DNA from: Leucoraja ocellata
Lineage: Eukaryota
Reading direction: 5' to 3'
Length of the DNA stretch: 64,000 nucleotides
Assembly (NCBI GenBank): GCA_036785375.1
Contig: JAWMAR010000061.1
Span: 9,114,001 to 9,178,000, forward strand
Shown here in pieces: positions 33,901 through 45,900 of this stretch. Numbering within the stretch: position 1 is the first letter of the stretch; each line of letters starts with the position of its first letter. The position numbers were made by a program, and so were the translations under genes. Below the pieces are notes generated by a model. That model was not told where the DNA came from. It made no database searches and saw nothing but the letters and a program-made list of their open reading frames with translations.

Positions 33901-36900
33901 CTAACGCAGTCGTAAATATATAATTTTTGTACATTTTTCCTCAGCTTTGACCCTTAATCTGTTTTTTTCAATATTAACATGTGTTAGTAAATTACAATTT
34001 CTTGATGTGAATCAATTTCTCGTCTCAGTTTGGCTGACTTTGTAAACTTTGTCCAGAGCCTTCCCTCAGGTTTCTTCACAAACAGGTAATGGATTTAGTA
34101 ATTGTATTGATCACAGGCTGTCTGTGAAGTAAAATTATAAAACATGAGATGGCAGTGACTGGGAACCAAAGTCTTCATGGTTTTTTCTGGTTATTTTGGG
34201 TGCAAGGAACCTTAACAATAAACAGCCAACATTTTCAGATGCCACGTCACTCTATTAATATCAATGCATGCATGTTGATTTATCATGAATACATATCTAT
34301 ACACCTTACAACAGTGTATTGGAATATATTCTGCAGAATAATAAACTCCATCTGATTTACACACATTCCATTTAATAAACATTTATAATTTTCTTTTAAA
34401 CTGTGTAAAATCTGTATGACTATTTACTATGAAGACTAAATAATGTTGAAAATGAGGTATTATATAATTAAACTTGTGACAGAAGGTGCAGAGCTTGCTG
34501 GCGGTACTTCCTGGTGTACGGGTGCCCTTCACTGAGACACTGTTAAATGGCTGCAGCAATCAGGCTCAGGCTGACAAATGCAGTCGAGTACACGAGTCAG
34601 CAATGTGCTGAAATAAAACCAAGCCAGAAAATAAAATCACTGGCTTTATTCAATTTGTCTGTTTAACATAAAAACTAATTACCGAAAATGCAGCAAACAC
34701 AAATGTGAATAGATTAAATGCCTCTGCAGTAACAGTAAGCAAAGGCTTTGGCCTTTAACTCAGTGAGCATCGAGGCATTGAGGAACTGCCTGGCATTTCT
34801 TGTTAATAATAAAAGGATGCAGCTCTTACCTGGATATGTTGTTAAAGCTGAGGAAAAATCTTTGGAGGCAAGGTAAAGAGTCTGCATCTCTCTGTGAAGG
34901 AAAGATAAAGAGGGAGTTGTCAGCAAGACAGTGCATAACATCGCAGCAGCCTTCGGAAGCATTCTTGCACTTCCATTTACTGCAGCCTGGTCAAAAGGTT
35001 TTGCTCACAGCGACTGAGCCCCTGGTTAAGAGCAAGCATTGCAGGAGAGCAGACAGATGAATTTGTCATTCGGATGCTGTTGCTGCAGCCACGGGCAGGG
35101 CCAAGCTGCTGTCTTGGTGACGGTTGTAGAAGCCTGCGCAGTCACTGCACAGCATCACTGACTGGCTCTTCAACCTGCCACTCTCACTCTGCTCAGCATG
35201 TCCTTACAGTGTGGCTGTTCCCCAAAGGACTACTAAAACAAGTTAATTTTTTGCCTTTTATTCATCGGTCACATTAGTGGAGCTGTTCAGTACCGATTTT
35301 TAATTTAAGTGAAATGCAAATATTCTGGACCCGCCACCAAATGGGCTAAAATATACCGACAATCTAACAGTAAACAGAGAAAGTAAGAACTACATACCGA
35401 ATAAACTCTGTGAAGAAGAGACCACAATGGAGATTTCTGTCTGGACATGAGAGTGTAACCCTGATGCTTTGGGTAGACCTTGTAATGCGAGACAGCACGA
35501 GGCAGAACAGCCCCAACACGCTGAAAAGCTGCAACATTAGCTGTCTCCACCTTCCTACCCCCACCCCCCTTCCCCCCCCCCCCCCCCCGCCGGCTCCATC
35601 TGTCCGCGATCCTTCACTACACCTTGGTCCATCGATCACCTACTGGCCCTTCACACCCCTCGCCCTCTCTTCTTCATACTGGAAACACCAACATTTTCTC
35701 CCTTCCCCTCACAGATGCTGCTCAACCCGCTGTGTTCCTCCACCTTTAACAGCATTGCCGTATAGAGGGATCAAAGGGTTCAAGACCATAGCTCCCTGAA
35801 AGTGGCAACACCATTAGTGGTAAAGAAGGCAAATGGTATAGTTGCCTTCATTATCAGGGCATTGAGTACAAAAGTCATGAAGTCATGTTGCAGCATCACG
35901 ACCTGTAACGTCACCTACCTATTTTCTTCAGAGAAACTGCCTGACCTGCTGAGTTACTCCAGCATTTTGTGTCTATCTTTGGTATAAACCAGCATCTGCA
36001 GTACCTTTCTATTGCAGCCTTATGGGACTTTGGTTGAACTGCTTTTGGAGTAATGTGTGCAGTTCTGGTCGCTCCATTACAGAAGGGATGTGGAAGCTTT
36101 GAGGAGGGTGCATAAGAGGTTTGGCAAAATGCTGCCTGCATTAGGGGATATTAACTAGAAGGAGAGATCAGACAAAGTTGGATTGTTTTATCTAGAATGT
36201 CAGAGCTTGCGGGGAGATGGAAATGTCAAGGACCATGGCTTTAAGGTAAGAGGGACAAACTTTAAAGCTGATGTGTGGGGAAAGTTTTGTTTGTACACAG
36301 AGTGGTGGGAGCCGGGAACACACTGTCAAGGATGGTGATGTAGGCAGAGATCATAGTGGCATTTCAGAACCTTAGAGAGGCTTATGGGCATGCAGGTAAT
36401 GGAGGGATATGGATCATGTACAGGTAGATAAGTGTTGTTGTTGGCATCATGTTTGACCTGACATTGTGGGCCAAAGGGCATGTTCTTGTATGGTACAGTT
36501 CTATGTTCTGATGAAGGGTTGTAGACCTGAAACATTGACTATTTCTCTTTCCACAAACGCTGCCTGACTTGCCAAGTTTTGTAGTGTGTTCTGTTTTGTT
36601 TCAGATTTGCAATATCTGCAGTTGTTTAATATTTTCATTTAATACTATCTGTATTATCTAGTGAATTTTTGATGAAAGAAGGTGGTGTCTGTGTTATCAT
36701 ACTTTGTCAAGTGTTGAGTAAGGAGCAGGGTGTACTGAAGCTGTATTTATGCTGGCGCTGCAAAGACATTGGTTTCCTTTAAAGAAAGAATTTTGGTTAA
36801 TCTTCCAAGGCTAATCTGGATAAAATCCTGTTTGAATCATTTCCCAGGCCAGTATCACTGCTATTTCAAGTTTGTGTAAACTATTTCTCCCATCTCATGT

Positions 36901-39900
36901 CCACCACAAAAAAACAAAGTGTTGGAGGAACTCAGCAGTTTAGGCAGCATCTGTGGAGGGAATGGACAGACAACATTTCAGGTCAGGACTCTTCTTCACG
37001 CTCAAGAGTCATGACCCCAAATACTGCCTGACCCACTGAGTTCCTCCAGCACTTTGTTTTTTGCTCAAGATTTCAGCGCCTACAGTTTCTTGTATGTTCA
37101 CGTACCACCATGTCGGCAAAGCTGGGACAGGGTGCCTGAAGTCTGGGAAAAGGGCATAATATTAGAAATTCCTTACTAATGTCTGGATAATTTGTTATCA
37201 CAGTCTGTATCTGCTGCATACCGTATTGTATTGTATACTGTTCATCCTTCCTAGTCTAACATTTATTTTGTGAACTGCTAACATTCCTTTTCAAGATCAG
37301 CGGTCTGAATTATGCAGCATGAGCAAATCTTTATTCAGAAGTCATGATTAAAGCTTCAGCCAATTAATAAATGAGGGGTTTCAGTTTGCTTTAAATATGT
37401 ACCTTGCATTCATTACACATTACTCTGTGAGGAGTTTGCACATTCACCCCATGCTTCGTCCTCCCATATCCTAAATGCATTGGGGTTTATCAACTGCTGT
37501 AAATCACCTCTCCATGCAATTAAGTGGCAACATAATCAAAAGAGGTTTGGTGGCCAAATTAGAGCATAATTTGCAGGTGTACAGACAGATAAGGAGATCT
37601 ACTCATGTTCTCCACAGATGCTGCCAGATCCACTGTTACTCCAGCACTCTGTGAAGCATCACATATCCATGTTCTCCACAGATGCTGCCTGACCCACTGA
37701 GTTTGTAAACCAGCACTCTGTGAAATGTCACCTATCCATGTTCTCCATAGATACCGCCTGACCCACTGAGTTTGTAAACCAGCACCTGCAGTCCCATGTC
37801 TCCAGGCGAATGTAAATTTTTTTCCCCATACCCTAAAAGCGTGCTGGTTCATTCATGAGACTTAACATTTTCTGTGCTTTTTACAGATAGAATAATTTAT
37901 AAAATGTGAACTTCAGGAATGGTTGCCCTTGTAAAGACTGAAGGAACACTCAGCAGGGAAGTAGAGCATCGGTGATAGGAACTTGTCGACCATTACCTGT
38001 AATTCTGGACACGCTCACACAAGAAAACTGCAAGTTTATCGGAGTAATTATGCCAATGAAGTGTGGGTGAAACCTGGTGCACCCAGAGAAAACCCCCAAA
38101 GCCCGAGAGAGAAGCAGGACTGGAGCTACGACCACCAGCTGTGCCACAGAGCAAACCGTGGAGCTCATCAATGGGATGAAGAGAGAGCTCATAAATATTG
38201 TTCAATGTAACCAACACCAGCATCAAACTACCGTTGTTCCTACAATGTGAATTAATGTTTTCTCCACTGTGTTTAATGAGCGTGACTGACTCAGCACATT
38301 GCATCTGATTCCAGTCCCACGCCAGAGACCTCGGCTCCTGATACTTACTGAGGAGCGCACACTGGTACAGCTGCTCTTGTTTCAGTGGCAAAACGGATAT
38401 GGTCGGTTGGTCATGCATGTGACTGGTTGACAACATCAACTGGTTTAATAGGGTGTACAAAGATTGTGAAAGATAATAGGTGGTGTGTGTCGAATAAGCC
38501 GACGGCAGGAACCCATCCATGAAACTAATCACAGCAAAGGTGGATAGCAACATAATTGGTATCTCTGACGTGATAATGATAATATTCCAACAACATGAAC
38601 ACTTAGTAGCAGAGGAAGCAGCAGGAGGAGGCTTGGTTTACCAATGGATAAAACAAATATGCTCGAACAGAAACTTTATCTTCATGGAAAAAAAATCATC
38701 AATTAAAGAAAATCACAAAACACAGTCTTTTACAGCCAGGTTGTTGAACACAATGACAAGTATCATGGATCAGCTCAGCGAATGGGCCATGGATAACACT
38801 TACCACAGATTCTATGTGATTACGTCGGAGATTGAGTTCTGTTAGTGAGTCAAGACCATTCATATTTTCAGCATGAACAATGAGGTTCCCTGCAAGATTT
38901 AGCACTCGGAGTTCAGTCAGATGGTTAATGTTCTCTATCCTCGAAATCTATCAATAAATATAGTTTGAATACTCACATTTCCTCAGGTGGCAAATAAAAA
39001 TGAGAACATTGACAAGTAAAGACATAAGGAAAACATTGTGGTTTTAAATAATGATTACTCTTCTCCAAACACAAAGTAGAACTCAGAGTCTTATGGAAAA
39101 GTTATGCAAATGAGTTGACAGTCCTGAAACAGTGCGCACAGACTGCCCAGTCTTTAATCAGACACATCGCTCTCTCTCTGATTATTACGCTGGGATTGTT
39201 CTAACTGGCTGGTGGCCTCTGACTCTCAGCAACAGAGCATACAACTTCCCTTCCACTAATTATTAGCAAGTGTTCAAAGTTTTCATTGAATGCAAAACTG
39301 GATGTGCTAATGAGGGCCGAGGCAATGATAACTCTTCGCCTACTTTGTTTACATATATTCACATTTTATAATACAATAAGCTTGTAATCTGGCTTGCTAC
39401 ATCTCAATTCATTATAAATTGGCAAGTCAGGAGGCTACTGATAAATTGTAGCTTGGTGTGCTCAAATTCCAGGTTTGACCTATTAATTTATATATCAGTT
39501 TTGGAAAGGGAACTTTTGGGAGAGGAAGAAACTTGTGAGAACTGCAGATGTATCCAAAGAAAAAACAAAATAGCAGGTTACAGTAATGAGATAAGGGAGG
39601 GGTGGGTAGACGCTGATTTGTAAATATAAATCAGCAGATGCCCTGTCCAGCACAAGTAATTCAGTGTGATGTGCAATGGATGAATGAAAGCCATATCCTG
39701 CAGGCTAGGTTTTCTGATCAATAGGTCAGACTTGAATGGGTAACGATAGCTTCAGTCAGTGACAGAGTCATTATCCTCGACCTGTTCAGGTGGTAGCTAC
39801 AACACTGAGAACCAGTCAATTGGAAAAGTACAGGGAGACATTGCTCAGAAGGTGCAAGCATCTGGACAGCAGCCCAATGAACTTTGTTTCACTCTTTTTC

Positions 39901-42900
39901 ACAGCTTGCGTTTCTACTTCACAACATCGTGCCAAGAAATCCACATTGAGATGAAACAGACCGCAATAGAAGCAAAATACAAAGGCATTTTACCCCTTAA
40001 GGTTATAACAATAACACAGAATAGTTACAACATTAAGCATTAACATTAACATTCAGGCCACTGAGACAGTAACGGCTTGATTTAAAAATCCAACTGGTCC
40101 CACTATCTTGCCCTCTCCTCACAACTCCCTGCAGATCCTTTCCTCATAACATCTCATACAGCTCACTTCTGAATGCCACAACCTCACCCCTTCTGTACAG
40201 TCACAGCAGTATTTTATACACCCAATCAACTTCCTTCTTCAGTCTGAAGACGGGTTTCGGCCCGAAACGTTGCCTATTTCCTTCATTCCATAGATGCTGC
40301 TGCACCCGCTGAGTTTTTCCAGCACTTTTGTCTACCTTTGATTTTCCAGCATCTGCAGTTCCTTCTTAAATAATTCCTTCTGCTACTTCTAGTTGTTGCT
40401 ATCACGTTAATTCTATGTTCCCTGGCCTCTGCCAAAAATCCATTATTTGTATTACCTGTTCTGACTTTGACTTCTCTCCCTCCCATTGTTCATGATTAGA
40501 TGTTCAAGTCCCAATTATTGTGTGTAATAGAATTCTCACCTTTCATTTGTTCCATAGTGATTTTACAAATATTTCCCACATGCATAAACTGATTAACAAA
40601 TGTAGATTTCTCTTATTTATCTTTTCAAAATTCTGTTACAACTCCATTCTACCTCCGCTGTCCTATTGATGTTAGCATTCCCCATGCGTAGGTTTCCACT
40701 AGGTCTGAGACTCCTCCATTTGCATACACAACTGCCTAAGCTGAAGGAAATTAGGAAGGCGATAAAGGGGAATGAGATATTCATGTGTGTCTGAAACCAC
40801 AGGAAATGGGCAAGGTCCTGAATGAATACTTCTCACCCGTATTTACCATGGAGAAGGACATGAAAGCTAGTGGTTCAGGAGTACTAATATCCTGGAGCAA
40901 ACTAACATTACAGTAGGAACATACTGACATTTTTTAGATACTCGATTTGGGTAAAAATGTACTCACTTTACCAGGTACCTTGAGCAGCAAAAATTACAAT
41001 CCATTTATTTGACAGGGTTATCTGAAGAGTTTCCAGAAAATAGTTGATCAGTGACATTACACCAAGTGTCAGAACACAACTGTCAGTTGCTGGCACAACA
41101 CAGAAACCTTTAACAATTATTCCAAACACTAAAAACTAGTATTATCACACAATCAATCTGATAAATGATTTGTTTTTGGTGTAAAACTGATCAAATCTGG
41201 TTGAATATTTGAATGCTGACAGATTCTGTGCCTGTTAGTTGTGACATTACCACACCTGGTTCGCATGAAGATCCAGTACATCGAGATCAGTCAGATTCTC
41301 CAGATTGGAGATATTCTTGATCCTGCGAATAATAAAACATGCATTTACCACCTGCTCCAGTAAAGAACACATCCTTCTTCAGGAAGCCCATTGTATTTGA
41401 CTTTTCTTGCTCCAGTCCACTCTTTGGCCATTCTCAAGTCCAAGTCAGCATCTTGTGCCCAGAGACAGAATGCCAACAGACTGATGGATCACTGGCTGAT
41501 TAAGTTGGAGCCTCATGAGGATTTACCAGAGTTAACAGTAGAGACAAAGTAACCTCCAGTGGAGGCAAAACATTCCAGGCCAGAGGATAACAAGTGTAAG
41601 TGTTGGATATCCAGATGTCAAAATTTGAGATTAATAACAGGAAAGAAATAAATGGAAGATAAGTTAAACCCAATCAAGTTGAATTTATTGTCATTTGCAC
41701 AAGTACGGTGAGGTTCAGGTACAATGCACAACCTTACTTGCAGCAGCATCACAGGTACAGAGGCGTAAATCATAAATTATATATTATTCACACAAATTCC
41801 ACAAGGTGAAAAGAGAAAAGATTATGTTAAAAAATCAAGACATTCGTGCAAAACATGATTAGAAATCAAGTCTATTGCAATTCTAGAGGTGGTCAGAAAT
41901 GTCCTGTAGCTGAGATAGGATTAGAGTCGTGCAGATCAGTTGAAGAATTCAATAGTTGCAGGGAATTAGCAGTTCTACCCACCCCCTCCTTTATCTCATT
42001 GCTGTAACCTGCTATTTTCTTTTTTCTTTAGATAAAGCTGCTGGTGTGAGACTTTAGGCGCCTGTACCTCTTGCCTGATAGAAACAGGAATATTTTGTAT
42101 CAGGCTTCATGGCAGAGGACTCCCCAAAATATTGCAAATATATCTGACTACCTTCATGCGAATCCTTACATCAAGAGATCATATCACCAAATGTGGCATT
42201 AAGAATCTGAAGTAATAGTGAACTCAATAGGCATTGGAAGAAATTTTCAATTGGCTGGAGTCAGAGAGATCAAACAAATTTGGGAAAAGTTGCTGAGTCA
42301 ATCATTTCATCAAATGAGAGAGCAATCTACTGCCTGAATACACGAACAAGGATTTTGTACCTGTTCTTGCCCAGCATAAGCACACGGAGTGACCTCAGAG
42401 AAGAAAGACCCGAGATTTCCTCAATCTGATTGTTGTACAAGTCCAAGAAGATAAGGCGGCGCAGGTTGGAAACGTGCTGTATCTGCGTGATGAGGTTGTG
42501 CTGGAAATTCAACAAGCGAAGTTGTTGCTCACCCTCCAGTATTGGACAGACGGTTAGATTTCGCCTGATTAATAATTACAAATATTAAATTGTTAATGGA
42601 AAGTAATGAGTCTTAGATATTCAGCAAGTAAAGTTTTGCATGGTAGAATAAATTCCATTTCAACAAAAGATGGGTATTAAAAACAAATTTAAAAACTTCA
42701 AATTTAAATCTGTACGAGAGATAGTTCAAGTATTCGCGACAGAACATGCCCGATCACAAGTGTAATCTGCAACAAAATACCACTGAGCATTTTTCCAGGA
42801 CATTTTTATAAACTGTTTTCATTTAAGACTTGGGTAAAAGGATTAATTTACATGTTGCCAATGATGTGGGAGCTATGGGTTCAGAGCTTAGATATTGTGA

Positions 42901-45900
42901 TGGTTTATTCAAAAACAGTTCACATTAGGAGGGTTGAAAACAGTTAGTTTGTAACCTATGTAAAATACATTTATTGGCTTTACCCACTGTAGTTCCAAGG
43001 GAACAATGCTGTAATTTCTTCATTCACTGTAGTTCCGTTGTAATGTAGACACCTCACTGAAAACCTGTCATTATTCTGATGCAGCTCAGAGAAGGTTTAT
43101 TCCACTCCTCTCAATACAAATGCTATTTTTTAAATTGTCTCCTAATTCATTTTTCTTCAATTAGGCAATGTTTCATTACGGTTGTGGCTGCCTTATTTCA
43201 GTTTACTAGATAATAAATTGATGTTTTAACTAAAAATATCAGTAAAATGCTCTCAATTTATAATCGTATCGATTTAACTTTCTTTTATATTCATGAACTT
43301 AATTACATTGTTAGGACCACTTATCATTGAACAGGTATGTGAGTAGGAAAGGTTTCGAGGAGAATGGATGAAATAGGGGGGTGGAAGATTGCAACCTTCA
43401 CGTGGTCTGCCCTGTTTCGACTAATGCAATCAACTCGACGTGTACAAACGGAAGATCAAATACAACAACTTGAGGCTGTGCACGCCACACGACAGAAGAA
43501 GAAGATGAAATAGAGGCAAATAGGATTAGTTTACTGAGCAATTGGGTTGGCATGAATGAGTTAGACCAAGGTGCTTGTTTCCCTGCTGTATAATTCTGTG
43601 ACTTTGGATTAGGCTGCATTTGGACTATTGCTTGCAATTCTGGTCATCCCAATACAGGAAAGATGAGGAGGCTTTGAAGAGGGTGCAGAGGAGGTTTACC
43701 CAAACACTGCCTGGATTAGAGGGTTTCAGTTACAGGGATAGATTTAGATAGGTATCTCTGGTTCGCTAGAGGTTGAGGAGAGACTTGTTAGAAGTATATA
43801 AAATGATGAGAGGCCTGGACAGTCAGAAACTTTGTCCCAGGGTGGAAGTGTCCAACACTGGTGGACATAGCTATTAGGCGAGAGGGGGAAAGTTTCATGG
43901 AGATGTGCGGTCAAGTTCTATCACACAGAAAATGGTGGGAGCCTGGTATGCACTGCCCAGGGTGGTGGTGATAGTGACCTTTAAGAAGCTTTTAGATAGG
44001 AAGATGGAAGTGTAGGGAATAGAGGGAAATGGATCATGTTCAGGCAGATGAGATCAGTTTAACTTGGCATCATGTTCGGCACAAATATTGTGGGCCAAAG
44101 GGCTGATTTCTGAACTATACTGTTTTTCAATCTTTTAAAATCATACTCACCTGTCCAGATTCAGTCTGTCTGCATATTCCGCCCGCTGTTCGGGTGTGCG
44201 GTATACAACTGGTATTCCAGGTGTTGAAGGAAGCTCAGAGAAAATGACATTGTCACCTGGGAATTTACAAAGGGTTTGGTTATAATACAGAATTTCTCAG
44301 CATACAGAGAAGGTCATTGGACTGGAACATTTGTAGCCAGGCTAACATACAAACGGTGCTCCAACTAAATAAATAACAAGGAAGCCAGAAATGAGCTACT
44401 TCTACAAGTCAGCAATTCAGCCAATTTGGAAGATGACTTTTGAGTTCATAACAAAATTCCTTAAAAAATCACAAGCCCCTGCAATCTGCTTTTACCATTC
44501 TATGGAATCATGATTTATACATTGTCCTCAACAATCCATGTTGGTTTCACAGCTTGGAGTAGCTCTGCCTAGGAAGTTTATGTACAACCCCGGTTTAAAG
44601 TTCTCCATTTATCAACCATCACCCCCGCCACCCCAACCTCAACAATATTCTGGATAGTGTTCAGGATTTCCATCATGCATGAACAAAAGAATCTAAGACC
44701 ATCAGACAAAACATAGAAGCAGACTGTATAAAGGTGAATCATGTGATGTGGTGTATTTGAACTTTCAGAAGACCTTTGTTAAAAGATTTTCAAATTAAAT
44801 CAGGATCTGTGGGTGGTGGGCTGGGGTAATTAATACCTGAGCATTGATTAAGGATAAATGAACAAACTAAATACAGAGGGTAATTTACAGGTTAGAACTA
44901 ACTTGTGAAGTGTCCCAGAGATCAGTGCCGATGCCCAGCTGCTCACAATCAATATCGAATATTTACAGTTTATTGCTATTTGCTGATGACACAAAGCTGA
45001 AAGTCAGTCTCCCCTGTGAGGAGATGCCAAGACGCTTTGGGATGATATGGACAGGGTGAGTAAATGGTCAAGGACATGGACGCAATAAAATGCAGAAAAA
45101 TATGAGATAAGCGGAGAAAATAAAAAGGTGATGTGATTTTTATGTGCAGAGAGATTAAAAAGTGTTGGTGCTGATAGGCATGTGGTTTCATAAACCACTT
45201 AACCATATCAGGACTGAGAGTAGAAAGGCATTTTTCATAGTTTTGTACAATTCTAATTCAGCCCACTTGACATAGGACTGTTGTTTCATTAGGCCTTTTA
45301 AAACAGAAACAGAATAGGTTACGAACAGGAAACAGGAAATACCTGGTAAGTACGGCAAGGTTCCGTGACCATGAGAATGGAAAGGCACAGCACTTTGAGA
45401 GCCCTGTCGAGATTTTAGTAAACTGGGACTTTGTGATGGCATGTCCCCAGCTGTTTCCTTCAATGACAGTTCTGAGTAGTGGCGGAGTGGATCATCATGA
45501 CAGGTTATTTCTGTGAACAACAAAATTCAATGTAGAGTCTACAGAAGTATAATCTGCCTCCCTATAACTTGTCTACCTGGCATGATGTTTGTGCTGGAGG
45601 TACAATAATTTGCATTCAAATAATCAACAATTAAATATTATTAAAATATACAGAATATCAATTACAGCAATAGAAAACGTGTAGAATTGTCCATGAGAAC
45701 AGAATGAAACTTTATTACAGAGTTCATTTTTGGGATACATACCAAACTTTTCTCACAAATATATATTTTCCAGGATAGCTCAGTGATTCTGTGAAAGGCA
45801 ATATTAGTCCCATTCCCTTGCACTATTATGAAGTTCAGCCATATTATTAACGTTTTCCCATTATGGGTTGCAGTAATTTGCTCATCTTAGAGTTGTTTTA

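Noticed and set aside
45577-45593. 17-nt AG...GT-flanked micro-exon candidate in LRRC49
   Set aside because: Would shift the frame between exons 3 and 4 and leave a 66-nt intron; only viable as an alternative start (ATG CCA G), for which there is no evidence
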